Assembly: GCF_036321535.1 (NCBI RefSeq)
Contig: NC_087437.1
Coordinates: 66,342,001 to 66,406,000 of the forward strand
Length of the DNA: 64,000 nucleotides
Direction of reading: 5' to 3'
Source of the DNA: Camelus dromedarius
Taxonomy: Eukaryota
Below, in pieces: positions 1 through 15,340 of the stretch. A program made the translations under genes and the position numbers. The notes beneath the pieces are model-generated. The model worked only from the letters and a program-made list of their open reading frames with translations. It had not been told where the DNA came from and made no database searches. Position 1 is the stretch's first letter; each line of letters begins with the position of its first letter.

Positions 1-2453
1 AAGTGTGAAGTGTCTGTTCAGGTCTTTTGCCCATTTCTAATAGTTGATTGTTTTCTTGCTGTTGAGTTTAAAGAGTTCTTTGTATATCTTGGATAACAGT
101 GCTTTCTAAGATGTGTTTTACAGAGATTTTCTCCCAGTCTGTGACTTGTCTTTTCATTAGTGACTTAGAGCAGAAATTTTATATTTTAAATGAAAAGTCA
201 AATTTACAACTTTTCTTTCATGGGTTGTGCTTTTTGGTGTTGCATCTAAAAAGTCACCACCAAACCCAAGGACACTTGAATTTTCTCCCATGTTGTCTTG
301 TAAGTGTTTTATAGTTTTGCCCTTTACATTTAGGCCTTTGATCCATTTTGAGTTAATTTTTGTGAAGGGTGTAAGATCTGTGTTTAGATTCATTTCTTTG
401 CATGTTCAGTTGTTCAAACACTATCAGTTGAAAAGACTGTCCTTTCTCCATTGAAATGCCTTTTTTCCTTTGTCAAAGTTCTTTTGGTTATATCTGGTGG
501 CTATTTCTGGGCTTTCTGTTCTGTTCCAGGGATCTATTTGTTTGTTCTTTCTCTAGTAGCATACTGTTTTTTGTTTTTCTGGGCTTTTTTTCCCCCTGTA
601 GCTTTACTGTAAGTCTTTAAGTCAGTTAGCATCAGTCTTTTGACTGTTCTACAATACTGAAGTGTCAGCTGTTCGATTGCCACAAAATAACTTGCTGGGA
701 TTTTTATTGGGATTGCATTAAATCTATAGATCATGTTAGGAAGAACTGGCATCTTGACAATATTGAGTCTTCCTCTCCATATACAAGATAGGTTTCCATT
801 TATTTAGATCTTTGATTTCTTTCCTCAAAGTTTTATAGTATTTGTCCTGTAGATCTTGTACATAGTTTGTTTGCTTTATACCTAAGTATTTCTTGTTGGG
901 GGGCAGTGGTGGTGGGTGCCGTTGTAAACTGTATTGTTTTTTAATTTCAAATTTCAGTTGTTTATTGCTGGTACATAAAAAAGCAGTTGACCTTAATCTT
1001 GTATCCTGCAACCTTGCTATAGTCGGTTATTAGTTCCAGGGTGTTTTCTGTTTTTGATGCCTTGAGATTTTTTACACAGAAAGTCATGTCATTATGAACA
1101 AAGATAGCTTTACTTTTTTTTCTTAGTTTGTGTACCCTTTATTACCTTCATTGGGCAGCACAGGGCCATCTTACTGCATTCTATGCAGTGTTGAGTAGGA
1201 ATGGTGAGAATCTTGAGTCTTTATTGCCTGTAAAGTATAGAGTTACCTGTAGAATTTTTGTAGATGTTCTTTATCAAGTTGAGGATGTTTCTCTTTATTC
1301 CTAGTTTGCTTAGAGTTCTTATGAATGGATGTTGAATTCTGTCAAGTACATTTTCTACATCTATAGATATGATTAAGAAATTGATCAGTTTCAGCTACGT
1401 TATCAAATTTATGGGTACAGAGTTTGTTATGATATTTCTTTATTATTCTTTTATTGTCCATGAGATCTGTGGTGATGGCACCTCTTTGCTTTTGATATTA
1501 GTAATTTATGTCTTCTCTCTTCTTAGTTAACCTGGCTAGAGGCTTACCAGTCTTATTGATCTTTTCAAAGAACTGTCTTTTGATTTTGCTGATTTTTCTT
1601 TGTTGATTTCCTATTTTCAGTTTCTTCTCTAATTTTTATTATTTCTTTTCTTCTGCCTACTTTGGGTTTAATTTGTTCTTTTTCTAGTTTTCTAAGTTGC
1701 AAGCTTAGATGGTTGATTTTGGATTTTCTTATTTAATATATGCAATCGTTGCTAAAAATTTCCCTCCAAGCACTGCTTCCACTGCATTCACAAATTTTGA
1801 TTTAGCTCAAAATACTTATTTTCTCTTGAGACCTCTTTGACCCATGTGTTAATTTAGAAGTATGTTGTTTATGCTCCAAATATTGTGGGGTCTTTCTGAC
1901 TGTTTTTCTGTTATTGATTTCTGGTTTAATTTCATTGAGGTCTGAGAGCATACCTTGTATGATGATTATTCTTTTTAATTTGCTCAGGTATGTTTTATGT
2001 TGATGATGTTCTATATGAGCTTGAGAAGAATATGTATTCAGCTATTATTGAGTAAAATTTTTCTGTAAATATATTAATTAGATCCAGTGGATTAATAATG
2101 TCATTCAGTTCAACTATATCCTTACTGATTTTCTACTTGCTGGATACATCAGTAGCTAATAACTGATGAAGGGATATTGAAACCTCCAACTATAATAATG
2201 GATTTTTGTCTATTCCTCCTTGTGATTCCACTAGTTTTTGCCTCAGATATTTTGATGCGCTGCTATTAGGTGCATACAAATTAAGAATTGTAATGTTTCT
2301 TTGGAGAATTGACCCCCTTTTCATTATGTAATGCCCCCTTTTATCCCTGATAATCATTCTTGCTCTGTAGTCTACTTTGTCAGAAATTAATGTAACTACC
2401 TCAGCTTTCTTTTAGTCTTAGTATAGTATACTGTCTTCTTTCCCTTTACTTTT
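1..2453 (-). mobile_element. Old, decayed LINE-1 (L1M-type), ORF2 portion
   Basis: Minus-strand ORF remnants LTPFTKINSKWIKGLNVK and IYRFNAIPIKIP are typical L1 ORF2p motifs. Many stops and frameshifts. Confidence 0.9.
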
Positions 2454-2458
2454 CTTTA

Positions 2459-2468
<10 letters not shown>

Positions 2469-2493
<25 letters not shown>
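2469..2493. repeat. (AT)n microsatellite
   Basis: Directly visible after an A run. Confidence 0.9.
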
Positions 2494-2499
<6 letters not shown>

Positions 2500-4051
2500 C
2501 TTACCAACTTAACTGTTTATTGTTTTGTTTGTTTGTTTTGTTTTTGGCTGAACTCTACTTTTTCCCAGTTTTATTGAGGTATAATTCACAAAATAGCATA
2601 TGTTTAAAGTGTTGTACAGTGTGATCATCTGTTATATGTATACACTGTGAAATAATTGCCCTAATAAGTTAATTAACATATTCATCACCTCACATAATTA
2701 CCTTTTTTGTGTGTGCATTGGTGAGAATACTTGAAATCTACTCTCTTAGCAAATTTCAAGAGTACAATACAGTATTATTAACTATAGGTACCACACTGTA
2801 TATTAGATCCCCATCATGTTACGGCTTTGAATACCATCTTTCCATTTCTCCCACTCCCCCAGCCCATTGTAACCATCATTGTACTCTCTGTTTCTATGAG
2901 TTTGACATTTTTTTTTTACAGGATTCCACATATAAATTAGCTTATGATTTAATTTACTTTGATACTCAGAAGTTTTAAAGTTTGATGTAGTCCCATTTAT
3001 CTATTGTTTCAATCATTTGTGCTTTTGATGTCATCAAAAGAAAGAACTCCTTTAACTTGCCACAACATGGATGAACCTCAAAGACATTATGCTAAGCGAA
3101 ATAAGCTAGTCATGAAAAGTTATTTATGTTGCCAACTTCAATATCCTGAAGCATTTCCCCTTTGTTTTCTTCTAGGGTTTTTGTAGTTTTAGGTCTTTGA
3201 TCCATTTTGAGTTAATTTTTGTGTATGGTGTTAGGTAAGAGTTCATCACCTTTTTTTTTTTTTGCTTGTGAATATTCCATTTTCCCAGTACCATTTGCTT
3301 TAAGAGATTATCCTTTCCCCTTGTGTAGTCTTACACCTTTGTTGAAAATCATTTGGTCATATATGTAAGGGTTTATTTCTGGTTTCTCTGTTCTGTTCCA
3401 TTGGTCTACATATCTGTGTTTATGCTAGTTCCATACTGTCTTGATTACTGTTGCTTCGTAGCTTGTTTTCAAGTCAGAAAGTGTGAGACCTCCAACTTTG
3501 TCCTTTTTCAATATTGTTTGGCTCTTTGGGGGTATTTTGAGATTCCATATAAATTTTAGGATTTTGTTTTTCTATTACTGCAAAAGGTGCCATTTGATTT
3601 TGATAGGGATTGGCTTGAATCTAGCTGGCTTTGGGTGGTATGGGCATTTTAATGATATTAAGTCTAATAGTTTTCAGTGTACAAGTCTTTCACCTCCTTG
3701 GTCAGGTTTTTTCCCTAACTATTTTATCCTTTTTGGTACTGTAGTAAATGATACTGCTGTCTTTTTTGATTGATCATTGTTGGTATAGAGAAATACAACC
3801 AATTAAAAAAAAAAAACCTTTATTGTGGTATGGTTCCTGTGCAGTAAACTACACATATTTTAGATGTACAATTTTATGAATTTTAATAAATATATACATC
3901 CATTGAAACCACCACCACAATCAAGATAACCTAAAATTTCCATCACTCCCCAAGAGGTACAATTTTCGAATTTTTGAGTGTTCATTTTGTATACTGAAAC
4001 TTTGCTGAAATTTTTTCTTAGTTCTAACAGGGTTGGTGTTTTGTTTTTTTT

Positions 4052-4053
4052 TT

Positions 4054-4108
<55 letters not shown>
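4052..4108. repeat. (TTTA)n microsatellite
   Basis: About 14 perfect units after a T run. Confidence 0.95.
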
Positions 4109-4109
<1 letters not shown>

Positions 4110-4712
4110 ATTCTTTTGGTTTTTCTGCATATAAGAACATCTCATATGTGAACAGAAATAATTTTACTTTTTTCCCCCAGTTTAGGTGCCTTTTATTATT
4201 TTTCTTGTGTAATTGCTTTGGCTAGGGTTTCAAGTACTGTGTTAATAGTAGTGATGAGAGTGGGCATCCTTGCCTTGTTCCTGATTTTTGGGAAGAAACT
4301 TTCAGGTTTTTATCATTGAATATAATGTTAACAGTGGGCTTTTCACCTATAGCTTTTATTATGTTAAGGCACTTCCTATCTATTTCAGTTGGTTGAGCAT
4401 TCTTATCTTGAAAGAGTGTTGAATTTTGTTAAATGCTTTTTCTGCATCAACTGAGGTGGTCATTTGATTTTTGTCCTTCATATTGCTAATGTGGTGTATC
4501 ACATTGATTTTCTTACGTAAAACCATCTTTGCATTCCAGGTATAAATCTTTGCATTTCAAGTATGAATTCTTGCATTGCAGGTTTAAAACTTGGTAATGC
4601 TGTATAATCCTTTTTATGTGCTGTTGAGTTTGGTTTACTAGTATTTTGTTGAGGGTTTTTACATTCAGTTTCCATCAGGAATATTGGTCTGTAGTTTTCT
4701 TGTTGTGTCCAT

Positions 4713-7332
4713 CCCTACTTTTAATGTTTTTGTGTCTTTGAATTTAAAGTCATTTTCTTTTAGATTATATATTAAAATTTATTTTTAAAATGATTTTTAT
4801 ATGTTTTTAAATTATGATATGTGATGTATAAACCTGTACAATTTTAATGGTTTTTTAAAAATTTCACTGATAGTCTCTGTCTTTCATGTTATAGATTTAG
4901 GCCATTGATGTTTAAAAAGATTATTTATATAGTTGGACCACATTTTTACCATATCTTACTGTTTCTATTCATTGCCTTTGTTCATTGTTTCTTGTTTTGC
5001 TTTTTTTCCCTCTGTCTTTAATTGAGCATTTGATATGATTCTATTTTTTCTCCTCTCTTAGCATATCTGTTATACTTTTTTTAAACCTTTGTTATTGGTT
5101 GTACTTGAGTCTACGATATACATTTTACAACTTTTTAAAGTCCATTTTCAAGTAACAAACACCTCACTAATAGTTAAAGTACCTTATGACAAGGTATTTC
5201 CAATTTCTCCTTTCCATTCCATGTAACATTGCTATCATCAGTTTCGCTAATCTGTTAGATACCATTACTGAATACACTGTTATTATTATTTTGAACAAAT
5301 GGATACCTGCTAGATAAATTAAGAATAAGAAAAATAAAATATATTTTACTTTTATTATTCTTTCTCTAGTGTTCTGTTTTTCTTTTCTGCAGACCTGATC
5401 TCACCTATGACATTTTCTTTCTTTCTGATGAATTTGTATTTTAACATTTTTTGGATGGGAGGTCTGCTGTTGACAAATTCTGTCAATTTTTGTTTTCCTG
5501 AGAGAAATCTTTATTTCTCCTTTACATTTGAAGGATAATTTTGCTGGATGCAGAATTCTAGATTGATGGCTTTTTTTTTTTCTTTCAGCACTTTAAATAT
5601 TTTACTTTACTTTTCTTGCTTATGTGATTTTTGAAGAGAAATTTGATATAATTCTTTATATGGCTGTAGGTGAGCCCCCCCCCCCCGCCTTCTTTCAAGA
5701 TTTCCTCTTTGCCTTTGATCTTTTGCATTTTAAATATGATATACCTAGGTGTAGATTTTTTGGCATATCCTCTTCTTCCATCTGTGGTTGGTTGTCTGAC
5801 ATTAATTTTGTGAAATTCTCAATTATTGATTCAAATACTATTTCTGTTCCTTTTTCTTTTCTCCTTGTGTTATTCCCATTATGCATGTTACACCTTTTGT
5901 AATTGTCCCACAGAGTTCTTGGATATTCTGTTCTGTCTTTTTCATTCTTTTTTCTCCTTGCATTGCAGTTTTGGAAGTTTCTATTGACATCTTTTCAAGC
6001 TCACTGATTCCTTCTTTGGCCATGTCCAGTGTGTTTATGAAATCCCTCAAAGGCATTGTTAATTTCTGTTACAGTGTTTTTGATTTCTAGCATTTCCTTT
6101 TGAATCTTTCTTAGAGTTTCCATCTCTCTCTGCATCCATTACCCATCTGTTCTTGTGTGTTATCTACTTTTTCCATTAGAGCCCATAGCATATTAATCAT
6201 AATTGCTTTAAATTCCCAGTTTGATAATTTATCATCTCTGCTGTGTTTGGTTCTGATACCTGCTCTCTATTTACATTTTGATTTTTGTCTTTCAGTACTC
6301 CATGTAATTTTATGTTGAAAGCTGGACCTGCTATATTGTGTAAAAATTATCTAGGTAAATAGGCCTTTAATGTCAAGTTTTATGTTTATCTGGCAGGAGT
6401 TGGATTATGTTTATTGTTTGCTGTAGCTGTGTCATAAATTAAAATTTCTTCTGGTGTTCTTTTATTTTGTCTCTGCTGTTGTCTTTGGGTTTCCTGAGAG
6501 AATTCGTAAATAAAGTCTGAGAAATGTATTTCTTTCCATATATTTCCCTGCTGTTATAGAGGAGCACAGGGCTCCATAAGTGGTGGTAAGGTGTGGAGGG
6601 AGGGCAAGTGTTCTATATTCCTAAAATTAGGTCGTAGTCTCTTAGTGAGCCCGTGTTGTGGGCTTGACCTTTATAAATGCTTCTTAGGTTTTTTTGTCCC
6701 CATCATCCGTAATAGGGGAGACAAAGGTAGAGGGGACTGGAGTTTTATATCTCCCATCCTTTACATGGAAGGCTAGATGATGTTAGAATTGGTTATTTCC
6801 CTTCGGCCACTTGAAAGTCTAGTGAAGGCTAGTGTTGGGTATTTCCTTTCCCTCAGTTCAATTAGCTCCGTAGAATAGTTTTTCTTGAGGGAAGTCTCAA
6901 GAAAAGAATGCTCTAGGCCTATTTTTAAATGGCTACTTTTTCCCTCTTCCTGCAGCCAACAGATTTTTCTTAGATCTTCATTTTGTGAACCTGGTAGGAC
7001 TCCTGGAAGTAAAAACTGAGAAAAGTGTGGGCCCCCCTTCTGTAGTTTTTAACTTTCAGATTTGTTAACAGTTGCACCCCTGTCAGTTACAGTTTAAGTC
7101 TTCCTGTACTGGTACTGGCTTCACAGGCAATTTCTGCTCCTGGGCTTCTCCAGTAAGCTTTTATGTATCTGTCGGTTTGTCTCTGGTTTTTAGGGCAGCA
7201 GTTTGTCCTGTGACCACAGTTCTGTGATGGACTTAAGGAGAGGGCTCGTTTTCAGTTTGTTCAGCTCTTACTGTGAAGATAATAGGAATGACTTCCAAGT
7301 TCCTCCAATGCCAAACTGGAGACCAGAAGTCC
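4713..7332 (-). mobile_element. Continuation of the first L1: start of ORF2, ORF1 remnants and 5' region
   Basis: Minus ORFs at 5695-6056 (LDMAKEGISELEKMSIETSK...KKTEQNIQEL; IIENFTKLMSD) resemble the L1 ORF1p coiled coil/RRM. Ends near ccagaagtc at ~7330. Confidence 0.75.
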
Positions 7333-8300
7333 TTCCTTCACTCATTTAAAAATAGGTTTATTTATCTTTTTATTGTTGAATAGAGGTCTTAATTCTGTAT
7401 ACAGATTCCTTATCAAATATATGATTTGCAAATGTTTTCTTCAGTCTGTGGATTGTCTTACCACTTCCTTGATAGTATCCTTTGAAGGACAAGTGTTTTT
7501 TATTTTGATGAAGCCCAGTTTATCTATTTTTCCTTTGTTTGTTTGTTTGTTTGTTTGTTTTTGGTGCCCTGGTCTTATATCTAAGGATCTTTGCCTAACC
7601 CAAGGTCACAAAGAGTTACTTTTATGATTTATTCTAAGTTGTGTAATTTAAGCTCTTACATTTAGGTCTGTGATCCATTTGGAGTTAATTTCTGTGTCTG
7701 GTGTAAAGAAAGGGTGCAGCTTCCATCTTTTTTTTCAGGTAGATATCTAGTTGTCCAAGGTCCATTTGTTGAAAACATTATTCTTTTCCTATTGAATTGT
7801 CTTGGCACTCTTGTCAAATATCTGTTGGCTATAAATGTAGGCATTTCTGGACTCATATCAGTTTAATTCCATTGATCTGTGTCTGTGTCTTTGCAACTAC
7901 AGTACTGACTTATTTAACTTTGTAGTAAATGTGGAAGTGTGAGTCCTCCAACTTTTTTCTTTAGCAAGATTATTTTGGATATTCTGAGCCCCTTGCACTT
8001 ATTGTCTTTTTTAAAAAAAAAAAAAGACAGCTGGAATTTTGATAGGATTACATTAAATCTGTAGATCAGTTTGGAAACATTACCATCTTAACATTAATCT
8101 TCTAATCCATGATTACAGAATGTCTGTCTCTTTATTCAGATTCGAATTTCTTTTGTTTTATAGTTATCAGTGTACAAATCTTAAACCCTCTTGTTAAATT
8201 TATTCTTAAGTATTTCATTCTTTTTGATGCTATGTTAAGTGGAACTTTTTTTCTTAAATTCATTTTCAGAATATTCTTTGCTAGTGCTTGTTTATTTTGA
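7333..8300 (-). mobile_element. Decayed L1 ORF2 3' fragment
   Basis: Antisense ORF2 motifs such as tccatttggagttaattt, ttgtcttggcactcttgtcaaa and aagtgtgagtcctccaac. Confidence 0.8.
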
Positions 8301-9169
8301 CACCTTTTCAATATGCATTTTAACCTTTGTTTGGAGTTTATTTTTATATTAGGCTAGGTTAAGTTTTATAAATGGTCACCATAAGATAAAAATTCCTGAA
8401 TCAGATAAAGCATGGTGGTGGGATATAGCAGTTCTTGAACTATAGGGTGTAATTTCTATTTTACCTAAATTATTTGAAAAAGACTTCATTGTTAACCCTC
8501 AGCTAGTCTCTTGTGTTCCTTAATGTGCTTGGTGATTATAATATCTGAAGGTACTTGTTTATGCCACTTTGCCACTATTTCTAGCTTTTTAATTTCCTAA
8601 TGCTCAAAAAATATTGAATAGAGCCCTTCATTAATAAATTGGACAAGTTATTTCACACCTCTGAATTTGTTTTCTGTTGGTAAGATGTAGGTGGAAATAT
8701 TTAGTAATTACATATTTTTTCCTTAGAATCATGTGAGGGAAGTTAAATACAATAGCTTTTTCAAGCTGTGAAGCAACATCCAAATATCAGGGGCCTTCTC
8801 TCTTCAAATTAGATTTTACCATAATTAGTTTGGGATAATCCAGCCAGATTTATCTGAATAAGCTCCTTTAATACTTTACTCTTCCACTAAAAAACCTTCA
8901 GTGACTTTGAGGTAAAAGATCAAGTGTAAATTAAGGCTAGTTAACTCAGTCTGTGTATTCTATGTGCAAAGGACTAAACAGATATTATGTAGGTCATAAG
9001 AAGAAATATGATACAGTCTGCATTTAAGGACTTTACAGTCCATACATTTAAGAAGTTTGCAGTCCATATAGAATGACAGGACAAACATTTGAAGTGTAAA
9101 GTATTAAGCAGATCATGTATTTCGGTATCAGATATGGGAGTTCATGATTTGTATGATGGAATATCTTCC

Positions 9170-9885
9170 TGAGGATTCTCCTCTGTTGATGGACACTTAG
9201 ATTGTTTCCATATCTTGGCTGTTGTAAATAATGCTTCAGTGAACATGAGAGTACAGGTATTCTTTGAGATAGTCATTTCATTTCCTTTGGATATATACCC
9301 AGAAATGGAATAGCTGTATCCTATGGTAGTTCTATTTTTAATATTCTGAGGAACTTCCATACTATTTTCCATAATGGCTGCACCAATCTCCATTTCCACC
9401 AGCAGTGCACAGAGGGTCCCTTTTCTCCACATCCTAACCAATACTGGTTATTTTTTGCCTTTTTTTGATAATAGCCATTCTAACAAATGTGGTTTTGATT
9501 TGTATTCCCTAGTGATTAGAGATGTTGAACATCTTTTCATCTACTTGTTGGCCAGCTGTACGTCTTTGGAAAAATACCTATTCAGGTCGTTTGCCCATTT
9601 TTAAATCAATTTTTTTTATTATTAAGTTGTATGAGATCTTTATATATTTTGGATATTAATCCTTTATCTAATACATGATTTGCAAGTATTTTCTCCCTTT
9701 CCTTAGATTTTTTCATTTTGCTGTGTAGAAGCTTTTTAATTTGATGTAGTCCCACTTGTTTATTTTTGTTTTTGTTGCCTTTGCTTTTGGTGTTGAATCT
9801 GAAAAGATCATTGCCAAGACTGATGTCAAGAAGCTTAACCCCTATATTTTCTTCTGGGATTTTTACGGTTTCAGGTCTTTGCATT
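9170..9885 (-). mobile_element. L1 ORF2 C-terminal fragment
   Basis: Minus ORF 9142-9441 ([14 protein letters not shown]...CTLMFTEALFTTAKIWKQSKCPS) matches the L1 ORF2p cysteine-rich C-terminus. Confidence 0.9.
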
Positions 9886-11315
<1,430 letters not shown>

Positions 11316-11389
11316 CTGAAACCTTAACACAACTTCTTACTATCTTTTAAACTTTCTGACTTCTTAGTTCTTTCCCTGTGTCTCCCAGC

Positions 11390-12358
11390 CCCAGTTTAAT
11401 ACCCTCTAGTCAGACTTTTGTCACCACTGAAATCACTCTTATAAGTCACTAACATTCTGCATTTGCCATGTCCAGTTGTTAGTTTTCTGTTTTCATTTTA
11501 ATCAGCCTTTCGGCAGCTTTGGGCATAAATGGTCACTCTCTTTTTTTCTGAAAACTTACTTTACTTGGCATCTAAGATAACATTCTCCTTTGTTTTTCAT
11601 CCTGCTTCATTGATTACTCCACTTATTCTGCTCCTTTTTATACCTGTAAATATATTTTTGTATTTGTCCAAACTTTTATTCTAGGTGAGGTTATGAGATC
11701 CCCTTGCTTTAAGTCCCATTTATACAAATACAGATGCATATTTCCGGCTCTATATTTTCACTGAGATATCTAATAAGAATTTCAAACTTAATAGATGGAA
11801 AACAGAATTCTCGATCCACTTTTTCCTCCAAATTTATGCTCTTTAGGTTTTAGAATGATCGTTTAAAAAAGTAAATTAGATTATGTCATTTTCTTGGCTT
11901 CATTGGCTTTCCTTTACATTTAGTGTGAAATTCAGTTTCTTACCATGATTAATGAGAGTTTATATGACATACCCCCTACCTATCTCTCTGAACTTGTCTC
12001 CCACCTCTCTTCCTTTTCTTAGCATATTGCAGTCACATTCTTCGTCAGGCTCACCTCCAGGCATTTACATTTGGAGTTCCTTATAACTGCTGTGCTCTTC
12101 CCCCATATCCTCACATGGTTGTCATCTTCATATCACTAAGTTTGTGTTCAGGTCTTACCTTCTTTGTGAGGTCTACTCTGACTTTCCTGTCTAAAATTCA
12201 GCCTCTTCTCTCTATCAAGATTTGTCCTCTTTATGTGAAAATGTGTGGTTTATTCCTCCTTTCCTCCATAGAAACTTTGTCAGTCTTGGTCACTGCCCTG
12301 TCCATAACATTGTGAGTGATGCTTGGCACAAAACAGGTGAACTATTTTTGTAGAATAA
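11390..12358 (+). mobile_element. LINE-2 3' fragment
   Basis: L2-like ctgaaatcactcttataagtcact... and terminal tgcttggcaca...ttttgtagaataa. Confidence 0.65.
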
Positions 12359-13891
12359 GTTTTTTTTCTAAAGAATTAGTATGTCACTAGTGAGCTAATA
12401 AAGGACAACTCAGTAAAAATGGTTAGGCTTGGGATAGTTACATATTTAAATCCATCTCAGGCATAAACTTTACCTAATATTGGCTTGATAAATACTCAAA
12501 ATATTGCTCTAGAAAATTTATATTTTGGATCTTTTAGGGAATTTTAAAAATAATAGAATATGAACAGAAAGTAAGGGTGGATGAATATTTAGGTCTCTGT
12601 ACTTGCTTTACTTATGAATTCTTTTTGATGAAAGATCATCTGCATAACCTTAAGACAACTTCTTATTATCTGAGAATTTAATATTTCTCTGTTATGTTGG
12701 TTAATGAGTCTTGAAAAATAGATAACTTATTTTAACACAGTAGGCTATATTAAAAAACAATCTTAATATCTGAGAGGAGTGATTCTTAGCTTAGTAACAG
12801 TTCTCCCACAGAACTAGCTACCTAGATGTGAATTGACAAAGTATAGACATAATTCAGGAATAGCTTCAATTTGGAATGGAAATGGACAGTTTTGAAATTT
12901 GTAAAGTTTTCTGTGTCCTTCTCTGTAACAGTCAAAACTCAGAATCTGACATCAATTATTATCTTTGTTGAAGCAGGTATATTGCTTATTGCTGCACATA
13001 TAAACCTTTTATACTAAGTAATGGAATGAAAGATTGATGTTTTATAAAAGAATTTAAATTATCACTGTATACAGAAGCTCAGCTCTCACAGTCAGCTTAA
13101 AGGGACAGATGGAGAGTCATCTTGAGTTTCCCATTTCCTTTTAGAGAACACACTGGAACCATCATAGAGTCTATTGGAAGTTTCTAGAGGAGAAGGAACA
13201 TTTGCCGCTTTCTAATACCATCTTCTAAGAACTGGAGCCCACTCAGCTCGAGGACAGTTCTGCTTATTAGGCTCTTTGTCTGCTGTGCATCCCCTGCCCC
13301 CACTTTATTTGGCCTTATTTCCTAACCATAACCGCATTTCCCTTCCAAATTCCCAGGTGTATACTTTATGTGTATAACTCTTCTGAATCATTATGTTAAC
13401 TGAAATTTTATATTTTCTGCCCACTTAGCAGATATTTTGGTATTCTTTCTCTGTATTATATAATTTGGATCTTGTTAACTGAATTTCTGACAGCTAAGTA
13501 TATTGTAATTTATCTTTGTTAATATGTATGTACTCTTCAAATTATTACTGCAAAATTTATGTTGTTAGGAATTCATTGTATCTAATGTTTTCTTTTCTTG
13601 AAGAATGAACTTAACTTTGAAACTCCCCAAAATAAAAATTATGTGTGTGATTGTTAAATTTATCAGGGCTGTACAGTTTCCAGTATGCTATTTTTTAACT
13701 CTGAAACTTAGCAACTGAGCTCTTCTAATGGGACTAACTCTCAGATTTTTCACTGTTATCTTGGAAAACAATAGGGCTTGTAAGTTTTCTTAACACCCAG
13801 ATTCATTTGTTTGGTAAGAAGTTTGATTTTTATTATAGTTAAAAAAACTACAGTAAAATAGCTCATTTCAGATATCCTCTACATACTATAG

Positions 13892-14200
13892 ACCAGTGCT
13901 TCTCCAGCTATTTGTAGTAAAGTATCAGTTTTAAAATTTTCCAATTCATTGAAGGCTGATATTTTTGTAAAATGCAATAAAAATGAATTACAAGAAAAGT
14001 GAAATTTAGGAGAATACAAAATATAGACCCTACTTTTAACTATAAGATTCATAGTTAGAAAGTTATTCTGTCAGATTGTAATAAAAGATTCTGAACACCA
14101 CTTCTCCATTTCTGTATTTACCTTACTGCAGAGCAGTAATAAATAGTTCATAGGCTAGTAACAGGTCAGCACTGGTCTACAGGTGATACTTTTTAGTAGT
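13892..14200. mobile_element. Probable hAT-Charlie non-autonomous DNA transposon remnant
   Basis: Starts cagtgcttctcca and ends ggtctacaggtgatactttttagtagta, which are decayed Charlie-type termini. Confidence 0.4.
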
Positions 14201-14311
14201 ATATCTATAGCCTGCTCTTTGTAGTGTTTCACGTTATTTCAGAAGCATATTAGTCAATATGATGAATAGCAGTTATCATTTAAAAAATATTTTCATGTGT
14301 TTCCTTTTCAG

Positions 14312-14395
14312 AACCGAGAGCTCCAAATCATGAGAAAGCTAGATCACTGTAACATAGTCCGGTTGCGTTATTTCTTCTACTCAAGTGGTGAAAAG
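14312..14395 (+). CDS. GSK3B: GSK-3 beta coding exon (human exon 3 equivalent, 84 nt): [28 protein letters not shown]
   Basis: Acceptor ttccttttcag|AAC, donor AAG|gtaggt. Translation matches the GSK3 alphaC region. Confidence 0.97.
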
Positions 14396-15245
14396 GTAGG
14401 TCTTAAAGAAAGTGTATATGGAATATTGTGTTAGACTTCTTATTCTTCTAGAAACAGTCCATCCCCCCCACCCTCAAACAGTTTGGCTAATTGAATGGAA
14501 TATTTCCAAAACACATGCGCTAGTGATTCTGACCTTAAGGTTTGATTATTGAAAATCATTAGTTATATCAGGAAAATGTTAATGAAATGATAAAGGGAAT
14601 TAATTTTCAAGAATTTCCTTTTTTTTTTTGAATACTGGTTGTCAGTTCTAAAGCAAACTTACATAGTTTTTAAAACCTTTTGTGTTACTTACGTGCTCCT
14701 GGAGCCCCATGATAGTTCACCTGTTTATTGGAAGCAGGAAAATGATGTCATTTTGTTAAGCGGAGGTCTTGTAGGGGGAGGGGACTTTGGTAGGCTAAAC
14801 ATTGGGAGGCAAGTTTAACCTATCCTTGCCTAGGGAAAAAGTTGGAAAAGGTACAGTATTAAAGAGCTTCTTATAAGTGGTCACTGTTTATGATCACATT
14901 TAATTCTGTGAAAGCAAAGGATAATTAAAGAAGATTCATACTTTCAATCTCCAGCAGCCCTCTGCCCCTGCCTTCTTGGTCTTTCTCTTTAGGAGATGCA
15001 GTAACTAATGTCATTGTACTCACTGGAGTTGAAGGCATAGAAAATCAGTTTCTTCTGTTTTACTGTGGTCTTTTTCTTTCTGCTTGTTCACTGTCCCATC
15101 CCAGATTCAGTCTTTTCTTTACATTTTTCTTTCACTGGTTTGGAGTAAGGGGTGAAGGGGTTGGGGTGGCAAATAACAAACACTTCATTGTTTTTGGCTA
15201 AATAAATACCACTTTGGGTAAGTTCATTTGATATTCTGGACCTCA

Positions 15246-15340
15246 GAGATATAGATATAGATATAGATATATACACATACACACATACATACATATATAT
15301 ACACACACACATACACACACACACATATATATATATACAT
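15246..15340. repeat. Compound (ATATAG)n/(CA)n/(TA)n microsatellite
   Basis: Directly visible. Confidence 0.9.

Larger units (their letters stand above)
2454..4712 (-). mobile_element. Second L1 (3' UTR plus ORF2 fragments) nested within the first L1, with internal rearrangements
   Basis: L1 3'-end signature ttttattgaggtataattcaca at ~2570, followed by antisense ORF2 sequence. Flanks ccctttactttt (2442-2453) and ccctactttt (4713-4722) resemble a decayed TSD. Confidence 0.7.

Noticed and set aside
157..9884. ORFs with L1 ORF1p/ORF2p similarity as functional genes
   Set aside because: Short, frameshifted remnants of dead L1 copies.
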